From: Pavona decussata | Taxonomy: Eukaryota | Assembly: GCA_977016875.1 (NCBI GenBank) | Contig: CDRNST010000233.1 | Location: 5,146,001 to 5,210,000, forward strand | Reading direction: 5' to 3' | DNA length: 64,000 nucleotides | Shown: piece after piece, positions 1-11,800 of the stretch | How the letters are laid out: each line of letters starts with the position of its first letter | Position numbering within the stretch: the first letter of the stretch is position 1 | Position numbers and translations under genes: made by a program | Notes under the pieces: model-generated | What the model was told of the DNA's origin: nothing | The model's database searches: none | What the model saw: the letters and a program-made list of their open reading frames with translations, nothing else

Positions 1-20
1 CAGAACTTAGGAGAATAAAC

Positions 21-304
21 GGGTGTCTCAATAACGAAGACCTCTAAAACGAAGACCCTAAGACCCTAAGACCCTAACGTGCTTCCGGTCCAGTGGAGCG
101 GGAAACGCACTTCCGGTCAGTATTCCATGGGAACGCGGTTACTCAGCTCAAGATGGCGGATGACCATGGTAGGACCACAGAAAGGAATTAAATTTCACTA
201 TTTAATTTTTTTTGTACTTCTACATGGAAATGTTGGGGGTCTTCGTTTTCGAGTTGTTGGGGTCTTAGGGTCTTCGTTTTAGAGGTCTTCGTTTTCAAAC
301 ACCC
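21..304. mobile_element. Palindromic non-autonomous DNA element (MITE-like)
   Basis: Left end gggtgtctcaataacgaagacctctaaaacgaagaccctaagaccc is the near reverse complement of right end gggtcttagggtcttcgttttagaggtcttcgttttcaaacaccc. No clear TSD. Confidence 0.7.
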
Positions 305-677
305 AGAAGAAACAGACTGTTTGTAATCTAAGATTTCAGCCACACTGCAGACAGGGAAATGTGGTATCATCATGTGACTGTTTTTACAAATCATTTTCAC
401 TTCCAACTCTTCACCTCTTCCGTAAAGGTATTACAAATTTACAAAATGAAAAGGCATGCACTTTGAACTCAAGAACAAGGTTAGAATGACAAATTTGAAT
501 ACAAAATGTCAGCCATTTTTGCATATATAGGGTCTATCATAGATGCATTTTTTGCCTTAAAATTGAAGTCGCTCCAGTTAAGCAATATTTGGCACATAGA
601 CTGGATATCATGGAAGAAACTTTATTGCATGTTTAATTTTTGAACAAAATGCTAAATAAGCAGAAATGGCTTATTAC

Positions 678-3600
678 TTTTCTATTGGTCTGATGCCTCT
701 TGGGAATTTGAAGACCTCAAAGCTTTGCTTCTTGGGCTTCTATAAGTTGATTACACGTTACGTCATGGTGGTCATGTTGGTGGTTAGAAACAATAAGATT
801 TTTCTCTTCTGGTAGTTACCTTCCTTTTTTATGCAAACTATGTGAGCAAATTTTCTTTTGTTTTCCCTGGTGAAAATCTTTTTAAGATCCTTGAGGATCT
901 TTAAAGATCCACATGAGGATCTTTTGTGGATCTTTTTGAGGATCTTTAAGGATCTTGATTCATGTCCTCAAAGATCTTGCAGGATCTTGTAAGAACCTTG
1001 AAGTCCCTGCAAAGATCCTTCAGGTCCCTGCAAAGATCCTTGAGGATCCTGCAAGATCTTTGCAGATTATGCAAGATCCTCGCTGGATCTTAACAGGATC
1101 CGGTAGGAACTTAGCAGGAACCTTTAGGATCCTCACAGGGCCCTGCAAAGATCCTTCAGGATCCTGTTTAGATCCTGCAAGATCCAGCAAGGATCTTGCT
1201 TAATCTGCAAAGATCCTGCAGGATCCTCAAGGATCTTTGCAGGGACCTGAAGGATCTTTGCAGGGACTTCAAGGTTCTTACAAGATCCTGCAAGATCTTG
1301 CAGGATCCTGTAGGAGGAACCTTAAGGATCCTCACAGGACCCTGCCAAGATCCATAAGGTTCTTGTAAGGATCTTTATAAAAATCTACAAAGATCCTGAA
1401 GGATCTTAACGGATCTTTGCAGGGACCTGAAGGATCTTTGCAGGGACTTCAAGGTTCTTACAAGATCCTGCAAGATCTTGCAGGATCCTGTAGGAGGAAC
1501 CTTAAGGATCCTCACAGGACCCTGCCAAGATCCTTAAGGTTCTTGTAAGGATCTTTATAAAAATCTGCAAAGATCCTGAAGGATCTTAACGGATCTTTGC
1601 AGGGACCTGAGGGATCTTTGCAGGGACTTCAAGGTTCTTACAAGATCCTACAAGATCTTTGAGGATATCAAATCAAGATCCTTAAAGATCCTCAAAAAGA
1701 TCCACAAAAGATCCTTAAGTAGATCTTTAAAGATCCTTAAGGATCTTAATGGATCTTTGCAAGGACCTGAAGGATCTTTCTGGGAACTGAAGGATCTTAA
1801 CAGGGCATTAGCAGGATTCTTTATGGTCCTTGTACTGTAGGATCCTTAAAGGGACCTGATGGATCCTTACAGGGTCCTGCTAAGATCCTTCAGGTTCAGG
1901 TTCTCTTAGGATCATGAAAAAACCTAAAAAGATCCTGAAGGATCTTGAAGGTTCTTTGCAGGGACCTTATGGATCTCGACAGGGGCTTTGCAGGATTCTT
2001 CATGGTCCTTGTAGGAGCCTTGCTGGGACCTGATGGATCGTTATAGGGTTCTGCTATTAAAGATCCTTCAGGTTCTTGCAAGGATAGTAAAAAATTTGCA
2101 AAGATCCTGAAGGATGTTTGAGGATTTTTGCAAGGAAGGGACGTGAAGGATCTTCTCAAGGTTTCTGCACAAATTCTCAAGGATCGTAACTACTCAGGGA
2201 TTTTCCGAAAAAATGGTAGAAAGATCCTTTTGTGCATCTCTCACAATACTCTTAATTTTCATACACAAATTAAGTATCCTATTTAACAAGCAGTAAATTT
2301 TATGCCAAATGTATTTTATTTCTCAGATTCTTCTCATCTTTTTACAAATAGATCTTTGATGTTTTACACTTGTAAAAATCTCATGGTTTAAAATCATCAA
2401 TCCCTTACCATGAAACGCAACAGTTAATGCAAAATGTAAAAATCTGAAAAAAGGGTAAAAATGTCTCATAAAGCAAACTTGTTCTTTTTCTTCTTATTTC
2501 TTCCTTTTGTGTGAGCCCTTTGTTGTCATGAAAATGAGGCCACTTACATGCAGAAAGACATGAAAAAAATTACTACGAATAAAGGATGAGAAATACAGAC
2601 AGCATTAATTATTTTTCTTTCAAGCTGTAGCACAACATTGTTATGACTTGAAAGTTGAAAGACATTGTTATACCTACATGTATTGCAACCGGTGTTGCAA
2701 GCTGCAGAAACGTGCTGTACAAAGTTGAACTAATGTCTGCTTCAATGTACAATGTTATCACAACTTGCAACAGGGTGGTAACATCCACAACAACACTTTT
2801 ACATGGTTGGATGACAAGTTAAAAGAAAATGTTGCCTACAGTGCCTAGTACAATGTCAGCTATCAAAATAATACCCTTCAATAAATTTGTAACAGTTATG
2901 CATTTATGTTACATTGAAAATTAAAAGAAATCATTCACTCTAATGAATATGAATTTTGACAAAATTGAAAATACGGTAAAAACCCACGTATAAGAACCTA
3001 GTGATTTAAGAACCTACAGGCTGAAATTGGGCATTTTAATACCTAAATATATAAGAACCTATTTAGCCTGGCTTAAATAGGCTTAAAATAAACATAAAAC
3101 AGGGATAATTTAATGGGGAAAAAAGGGAAAATGGTACAACAATACCTTTAAAACAGGTTTAAAATAGGGCATTAAATGTATGTCATGCAGGTTAAAATAG
3201 GGTTAAAATAGCACTCTGCTGGTTTATACACTGTAGATCCAGAAATAAAATAGCTATAAAATACATGTAGGTTGAAAATAGGTGATGGTTTAAATCCTTG
3301 TTCTAAGCCTAGAATTATCATAGTTCATGTGTTTTAATTAGTTGTAGCATTTGCCACTGCAAATGATTTCATGGTCAATACTTCATATATTCCTGCACCT
3401 AACTATATCTGGATGGTTAATTACATGCATTACACACAATCTAAATTTGTCATTCACAGACCGTATTCCACAGCCACAGCTACAAACAAGTAACAGCGAA
3501 AAACAATTTCACAGTAAACTTCTCAGGAAAGAAACATTCAGAAAATGGCTTTGTCTTGAATTATGTAAAGGTTCAGGGGGAGTGCTAAATAAAAAAAGAA

Positions 3601-6600
3601 AAATGATTGGATATTTCGTAAAAAAAAAAAAAGAAAAGATTGTACCCTTGCTGTTTTCAACTTCATGTACATGTATATGATATCAAGTAATGACCAATAC
3701 TCCATTATGCAAGTTACAAAAGTTTATTTGGTAATAATTATTGTTTCTCAGTAGGAGTAGCAGAAGTCACGATTTGCAACAAAATCAAATCAGTTAAAAT
3801 AGAGTCCAACGGTCATAAGTGACTTAGCTTATTGAGCAGGATTTGCTGACTTGACTCTGAAGCTGCACGATTAAGTATCAGTCTTGACAACATTATTGAG
3901 CTGAAAATCTGCAGTACAACAGAAAAAAGTGCATTTAAGTCAGTTCTTCTGAGTGACCAGTGGTCACTCAGTGATCACTGTGACAGTGATCTGGGCAGTG
4001 CCAAGCATACGCTTTTAGACACATGTTTCAGTGAGCTTCTCATCTGTAACAATCTTGTTGATTTCTGAGCAAAACAAGGGTATCCGACCTTTAATTCATG
4101 GTGCTACAGAAAATATAAGCTTATACACTCCATGAAGTTGATCATGAACTCCAGATCTTCATGCAACGTCAATCAAACCAAGATCGAATCACTATGTCTT
4201 CAGCTTATACCAAGACATGATAACAACCTGGCTACAAATTACTCTGTTAAAACGTTTGCAAAGGCTTTACATGTATAACAAAAATAAATAGGGAATGTTT
4301 ACCTTAACAATCTCGAATTTGCAGTTAAGCTCAAATAAGATTCAAGAAGCACATGCATTCGAAATTCCCATATATCGACGATCTATAAAATCACACATTT
4401 TCATGCAGTCTTTTTCATCAAAATTATTGATTTCAAAGCTTACCTCTTGCTAAAAGTAGTTATCCACATTTTTTTTGCTTGAACCCAACATTTTGAAGCT
4501 TCACAGAGGTAAAAATCCACGGGAAATGTCTCCTGTTTTCTTGAATATTCCGCCTAAATCGAAAATGAAACGGTCTTTTCCGCGAGCCTGCAGTGGCATA
4601 TCTGCTGACCAAAATGGCCTTGTTCGTGCCCAGTCTACCCAGTCTGAATGAAATCCAAGATGGCTGCCAGTGTTGCTGTGACCCCACGTTTTCTTGCTCA
4701 TTTTAAAAGCTAGCACTGTGCATGAAAGTTGTAGGAATTATGATTGAAAGCATTGTTGTTCTTTTTGGCATCAAATGGAGTCGAGATCCATCGAAGAAGG
4801 TCTGAATGTAATATTGTTTTCACAAATGCGTTTCAGTGACATGTACTACATGTAAGTCAAGTTTAATATAAGCTTCATTTTTTTTAATTAAAGCTTTTCC
4901 TGGAAAGCAGGCCAGTTACAAATACTAATATCAGGTGCTCATCTTGGTTTTATGTGTTTATTTGCCCAATTAAAATAACAAAAATACAGCTCAATCTTGT
5001 GGTATAGAAAATAAGTACATCCTTGCTCTTTCTTCTAAACCATTTGTTATTATTGCATACATAAGCTTAAAGTTTATAAGTTTATTGCAAAGAAGTACCT
5101 GGTATACGTAATTGTTAGATTGAGCAAAAAAGTGTACATGCAATAAGTATACATCATGCATTTGTCTTTTTTATATGGCTCAACATTGACGGTGTATACA
5201 TCAACAATGATGAATACAAAATAGTAACTTCACCTTAGATTAGGAAGATGAAGTTTCCCTTGGTGTATACAAAATTTGTACATACAACATGTGATACAGA
5301 CAATCTAACTGGCCATTGCCTATCCTATTTGTAGAAAAAATATAAATAAAACAGTGTGTTACTATGTTATTGAGCAATAGTGATATAGGATTACAGGCTG
5401 TTTTACTGGCTATTTTTCAGTTTGTTATGAGAAAATAGTAATAAAATAGAACACCTTGTTCTATCTTGCTTTAAAATAGGCTTAAAATTAAAAATAAAAC
5501 ACAAATAAAATAGATTCTCTATTTTTTTCCCTATCAGGTGAAATAGGAATAAAATATAACTCATGCATGGATATGGCTAACATCAGTTGTTACCTGAAAA
5601 TTCCACAATATTGGCCCATTGCAGCTCCAAAAATTAATATTGAATCGACTGATCACAATCTAATGTTGTAAAGTTTCGTCCTTTAGCTTCTTGTGTTGTC
5701 AAAGTCGAAGAAAGAGATTTTCAGTCATTGCTTGTCTTCACATTTTGTGAAAATATTTGTAGACCCAGGAAATCTTGTTTTGTTGAGATTTTATGTGGCT
5801 GATCACTTTCTTAATTGCAAGAAAAAAATATTTACTTCTGTTGCCTTTGAGGTGAGGTTTATAACTGCATTGCCCTGTGACGGTGTATGGTTTATGCATG
5901 ATTGAAAGGTGATTTCATCCACGACTGCAAAATTGGTACAATTAGCCTGTTTGGTTCCAAAGCAACCCCAATTATTTTTTAATGAATTGTTTATTATTCT
6001 ATATTTTGGTTAATCACAAGACCATGATTTGCAAAGTTCTCTCTAACAAACTGATAAGATTCTCATTACAAGTTTGTCTAAAGATCCTTGTAAGATCATT
6101 ATAATAATTATAGCCTTAAGGATCCTGACAAAAATCATTGAAAGGATCCTCAAAAATCTTTCTAAGATCCTCTTTGTCTCCTTGAAAGGATCTTCTTTAA
6201 ATCCTTCTAAGATTCTCATCAGATCCATGATGACTGTTAAGGATTTTGGGAAAGTTCTTTGAAAGAGATAAAATAGGATCCCTTTAAGATCCTTGTAAGA
6301 TCCTCATCAAACCTTCGAAGATTCCTAAGGATCCTGACAAAGATTTTTCAAGGACCCCTGATAGGATCCTTTGAAGATCATTGTAAGATCCTCATCAGAT
6401 CCTTGAGGATCCTTAAGGATCCTGACAAAAATCTTTTATAGGATCCTCTAAAGATCTTTTAAAGAACCTCTTAAGACCCTTGAGGATCCTGAAAAAGATC
6501 TTTGAAAGATCCTTGAACAGTTCTTAACAAGAACCTTGTAAGATCCTCATCAGATCTTTGAGGATCCTTAAGGATCCTGACAAAGATCTTTTATAGGATA

Positions 6601-8097
6601 ACCTAAAGATCTTTTTAAGAACCTCATAAGTCCCTTGAGGATCCTAAAGGATCCTGACAAAGGTCTTTGGAAGATCCTTGAACAGTTCTTACCAAGAACC
6701 TTGTAAGATCCTCATCATATCCTTGAGGATCCTTAAGGATCCTGACAAAGATCTTTTATAGGATCCTTCTAAGATCTTTTTAAGAACCTTGTAAGACCCT
6801 TGAGGATCCTTAAGGATCCTGACAAAGATCTTTTATAGGATCCTTCTAAGATCTTTTTAAGAACCTTGTAAGACCCTTGAGGATCCTTAAGGATCCTGAC
6901 AAAGATCTTTGGAAGATCCTTGAACAGTTCTTACCAAGAACCTTGTAAGATCCTCATCATATCCTTGAGGGTCCTTAAGGATCCTGACAAAGATCTTTTA
7001 TAGGATCCTTCTAAGATCTTTTTAAGAACCTTGTAAGACCCTTGAGGATCCTTAAGGATCCTGACAAAGATCTTTGGAAGATCCTTGAACAGTTCTTACC
7101 AAGAACCTTGTAAGATCTTCATCATATCCTTGAGGATCCTTAAGGATCCTGACAAAGATCTTTTATAGGATCCTTCTAAGATCTTTTTAAGAACCTTGTA
7201 AGACCATTGAGGATCCTTAAGGATCCTAATAAAGATCTTTGGAGGATCCTTGGACAGTTCTTACAAGACCCTTGTAAGATCCTCATCATATCCTTGCGGA
7301 TCCTTAAGGATCCTGACAAAGATCTTTGAAAGGATCCTTTAAAGGATCTTTTTCAAGATCCTGTAGGATCCTAATGAAATCTCTGAGGATCCTGCAGGAT
7401 CTTTTAGAAGATCTTTGAAAGGATCCTCATCAGCATCTTCAAGAGATCTTTATAGGATCCTCAAGAACTCCTCTAGGATCTGTGAGGATCTTTAAAAGAT
7501 CCTTGTCTTCAAGGATCTTTAGAAGACCTTTGCAGATCTTTGCAGATCTTGGAGGATCTTTGAAGATCTTTGAAGATCCTCCAAAGATTTTCACCAGGGT
7601 AATGGCACCAACATGGCAGCAATGTAATCAAACTATTTGCGACAGCTCACTATTACAAGCATGTCTGCATCTGACACTCATGATGTTAACATGTTAATTT
7701 AAGGGTAGTCTTACTTTTGGAAGGGGCTTTACAATTGCATTTATACCGGTTTTACCTAGTGATGAACTCGGAGGTTGGGGTGTCTTTGCATCACTACCAC
7801 CAACTGTGGAGGCATTGGACATAAACCTGCATATTACAGACGGTACTCGCTGTGAATTAAAAAAAAATGAGATAAATCACTGCAAGTTATCAAATTTGTA
7901 AATTTTGCCACATTTAAATATTTGAGTCCTCTAAACCATGTCCCAAAGAATAAAAGCCAGTTAAAGGGTTGTGTGATATCCTGCAATAAGAAAAGAAAAG
8001 TTCAAAAGGCAAGACGAAAGAACTGTTGCAGATAACAAATCCTTACCACGGCCAAGAAACGTGCATTTCCCGAATTCACTCTCATTACTGCCGCCAT
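678..8097 (-). CDS. 5' exons of an unidentified gene, probably a mitochondrially targeted protein (partial; continues leftwards)
   Basis: Minus-strand exons 8097-8047 (MAAVMRVNSGNARFLAV, donor gtaagg), 7849-7715 (RVPSVICRFMSNASTVGGSDAKTPQPPSSSLGKTGINAIVKPLPK, acceptor ttcacag, donor gtaaga) and 739-678 (KPKKQSFEVFKFPRGIRPIE, acceptor cttatag, donor gtaata). Phases 0,0,2 with no stops. Start context aagATGG. The first ~35 aa are Arg/Ala/Ser-rich with no acidic residues. Exon 3 is less certain. Confidence 0.55.
865..2190. repeat. Left subterminal array: 180-bp tandem units plus internal inverted repeat
   Basis: Units at 1231-1410 and 1411-1590 are nearly identical, with a partial third unit from 1591. 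~882-1040 is the reverse complement of ~1591-1750. Confidence 0.85.
6050..7599. repeat. Right subterminal array: ~165-bp higher-order tandem units
   Basis: aaagatctttgg(a/g)agatccttg(a/g)acagttctta-like blocks recur at 6901, 7066 and 7231; gaggatccttaaggatcctgacaaagatc is repeated many times. Confidence 0.85.
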
Positions 8098-8250
8098 CTT
8101 GAAAACCTCTCTCGTTTGGTTCCAGGTGCCAATACGCATGCCTTCCAGTATTTTCGGATCCAGTCCTTTGAGCGGGAAAATAAAATGGCGGACTGCAGGG
8201 CTCGATTTCTCTGAAAATAGTTTCAATATTTCTCGCCGTTTGATGCCGTC
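8098..8250. promoter_or_regulatory. Compact bidirectional promoter region between divergent start codons
   Basis: ATGs at 8097(-) and 8251(+). The region is locally CpG-rich. YY1-like motifs AAAATGGCGG (~8182, +) and AAGATGGCGG (8091-8100, -). An RFX X-box-like GTTTCCAGGGAAAT lies at 8364-8377, just inside DNAAF3 intron 1. Confidence 0.55.
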
Positions 8251-8739
8251 ATGGTAGACGGATTTGGAGCCATAACGTGGTGGGGATTTAGTCCAGCTCT
8301 TGATCTGCGAGATAATTACCAGTGTAAGTTAGTGAACCAGCTACAGTTTAGCTCAATTAGCTGGTTTCCAGGGAAATGACTTGTTGTTCAGTTAGAAGCC
8401 ATAGTTAATTAATTTGTGTGTACTTGATGTTATTTGGTAAGCTGGTCAAGGTATAAGTCCCAATGAGTCTAGCAAACAAGAGAAAGGCCCAGGCATGTGT
8501 TTCTCAAAACTTCCAAAAAGATATCAGACCCAAAAGCTATTTTCCTCGCACATTTTTGAAAATTTTACAAGGTATAGAGGCAGGGTTTGTTTTCACAAAA
8601 AAAACTACCATCCATCAGTTGAACATAGATTTAAAAGAAAATTTTACAGGCCCAGAAACTCTTTTGAGTTTTCCGAAACATAACCCAGAAGTTTAAGAAT
8701 TTGTCAAGAAGATATATCATCATCATCATCATCATCGCT

Positions 8740-8806
<67 letters not shown>

Positions 8807-11800
8807 CATTTATGACCAATTATTGGTGTGCAGGGCTTCAAACTAAAGGACATGACTATGTTAATTAACTGTCTATAATTTGTTGCTCTGCTCTGTCAAT
8901 TAAACAAGCCAGGCAATGCCTGGTAAAGTCTGTCAAAAACAGCAGATAGGTCAGTACTCTAACTCCAGTCTAAATAAGCTATATCCGTATTGTGTTTGTA
9001 GACTGTGTGGGTCTTTTGTTTTAGTTGACTGTCTGTTTTCACAATTTGTAGCACTTATCTCAAAAGTGGAAGATTTGAAGGTCTCTGAAGATGTTGCCAC
9101 AGATCAAGGTATGGAAATTAATATGAGACCATATAAAAGAAGTTTATTGTAACTGTTACAAACCGTGACCACACAATGACAGCTTTTCTTCTTCTGCAGT
9201 CTGCTCTCCTTAAGCTATTACAGCTTTGATTCTATTTGTAGCTTTCAAATTGTAATTTTCTTTCAAGTTGTCTTCTATATTTCCATTGTTGTGTCAGGAA
9301 AGTGTAACTTACTTATTATTGGGGCTGGAGACTGCAGACACATTTTGAAGACTATTGCACATGCTTGCAGGCATACAAAGAGGGATTTAAATGTAAGTTG
9401 TCTGTTATAAATAAACATGTCTTTTGTTATTAATATCGAAATATTATCAGTCATTGCTTAAAGGAATAATTATAACATTTTCTGCAAGATATATTCAGTG
9501 GTTTAAATAGTGTTTGAAAAATCAAATATTTATGTTTGAAAATTACTCCAGGGATCTATTTGGTTTAGGTGGTCACAAATACATGAGACAATGGACAGCT
9601 AAATGTGTTCCCACAGAAATTGACAGAGTTACTTTATTTTTATTTTTTAGCTAAACAACACCTACAAAATTGAACATATTTAATACTTTACATTCTTTGT
9701 CCATTATTGACGGTAATGTCGCCGGTTACGTTCTTGGATTGACTATATTTTATGAAATGCAGTTTGTTATTGATTCCTTTTAGATCTATGTTGTTGAGAA
9801 TAATCTTGAGATCTATGGAAGAGACCTTCTTTTTCTTTCCATTGCGCTTGAGCCCAAAGACAGGCTGGGACTGCAAGGTGAGTTTGGAAATGATTTTGTT
9901 AAACTTTGTGAAGGTGTCTTCTTAATGAATGTGTCCAGTAATATGGAATAATCAAATAAATTTATTTATTATACCTGCCAATGTTCATGCATTTGATTAT
10001 GTGTGAGTTTCATGCATGCGTATTAAAGACATTCATTTGATGTCATACATACAGCCCAGTTTCTTGTGCCATACTGTCAAAGCTGCACTGTAATTTTCTT
10101 AGCAAAACATCTTTTATATTTGATTCTATTTTGAACAGAACTCTAGTCATTTGAATGAAGCTACATGTACCTGTAATGTTTGATTCCTTCATTACCATGT
10201 CAGAATACATCTTTGTATTCCTGAAGGGAATCTTTGAAGTTACATTCAGACAAACCATTGGAACAACTTCAGATAGCTCGGTAATATTCTGGAACCATTG
10301 CAACATATTTGAAAATCCAAGAAATTATCTAAAGACAAAGATCTCCTGTATTTGACTCAAGAAAATTTGGCAGGTGTACACAAGGGTTTGTTATTTAATA
10401 TTTCTGTAGGTCAAACTGAGGGTAAAAAGTCATAAAAAAATCCTTTTTGTTATTTTTGTTGTTTTAGAAAAGACAGAAATGTTTCTTGAATTGTTTGGTA
10501 ACAGCCTTGTGAGGCCACAAGCCAGTGAATATTTACAACAGAAAGCAAATGAGTTTATCAGGTAGTATTTTTAAGTTTACTTACAACTTGTATCCAAAAC
10601 TGAAATATGTAAACCGTTTTTAAACAATATTTTATTATTCTAATAAAATGTTAGTAAGTTTACCATCTTACCTGTTGTTGACATAAATGAGTAATCATTG
10701 CACCAAAACGAATCAAGGTTCCTGCTAAAAATTAAGGCTCTCATATCAAACTACTTGTTTTTTTTTTTTTTGTTGCTTGTCTCAGAATGATAACAGATTC
10801 AGATTATCTTGAAGCTTGCTTGCCTGTGTTTAACCTTTCACAGCTAAAGGTAAATGATGTCATCGCTCTAATTTAGCAGTGTTGTAAAGTAATTAATTAA
10901 AAGAATTCTGTTTCATTCATTACCAATTTGTATCCATCTTTTTGCCCTTCAGTCCTTGGTTTCTTTAATTGCCATTACTCTGTTCTCACAAAAATGCATT
11001 AGTAAAATGACAATGGCTACCTCATTTTCCCACCAAAATGACACTGGTTCAAACTTGTGTGCTCTTTCTCTACTGGAAAACTTGTACACTCAGTAGCATC
11101 TAAAGGTCTGTAAAGTTGGGTTTTTTTAAAGTATTCACACTGTATATTAAATTAGTGACGTTGTTTTGGATAGACATCTGACATTAGCAATATTACATAG
11201 TGAGCTCTCTATTTCAAGAGGGTAACACTAAATATTATGGAAACACTAACAAACCTGTGGCCTTCTATCTAAAACTATAAGAAAATACAAAGTTAAAAAC
11301 TACAATATTCTAGAAATAATATTAATTAAAACGTACATGTAAAAATCCAAAAAATCTAATTGTTCTTTAAAAAAATATTACCCCTAATGGCACGTTTAAA
11401 AGATTTAAGTGATGCTTGTTTCTTTAAAAAAAGCTGGCAAACTGTTCCATGTTCGTACCGCTTGAACTAAAAAAGTTCTCCCACCTTCTGTTGCCCTATT
11501 ATAATGAGGACAAATAAAATATTGTAGTTTGGAAATCTGGTATTCCATGTTTATCCTGAGCTATCAAGATTAATTTAATCTATAAAATAATCAGGAACGG
11601 CAAGATGTGTCCTCTTGTAAAGAATACAGCACTGCCCCCGGGCTACATTTAAGTATCGACATGAAGTGTTGACCTACATGTACATTATCTCTGCAGTTTA
11701 AGGAAAGAGACCAACTGGAAAGCATCTTTAAATTTTGGAGGAATACAGACCCTAAAATGTTTGACATCTGCCAGCATTGGTAAGGAAAACAGTAATTACT

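Larger units (their letters stand above)
865..7599. mobile_element. 6.7-kb non-autonomous TIR DNA transposon with long GATC-rich subterminal repeat arrays (CMC/EnSpm-like or foldback-like)
   Basis: Perfect 17-bp TIRs: CCCTGGTGAAAATCTTT (865) and AAAGATTTTCACCAGGG (7599). Arrays of AGGATCCT/AAGATCTT motifs at ~865-2190 and ~6050-7599. No long ORF inside. It splits a small repeat whose halves (catgttggtg... ~770-864 and ...caccaacatgg ~7600-7630) are mutually inverted. Confidence 0.85.

Noticed and set aside
188-406. Fourth exon of the minus-strand gene (VAEILDYKQ...)
   Set aside because: A phase-compatible acceptor exists, but the frame runs into the MITE at 21-304 without a convincing donor.
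865-7599. GATC-rich arrays as a CRISPR array, or as coding sequence (ORFs 955-1203, 1896-2180, 6043-6262, 7482-7697)
   Set aside because: There are no unique spacers and the context is eukaryotic. The ORFs are by-products of repeat periodicity inside a TIR element.
8631-8819. Poly-Met ORF on the minus strand
   Set aside because: It is simply the translation of a (CAT)n microsatellite in DNAAF3 intron 1.
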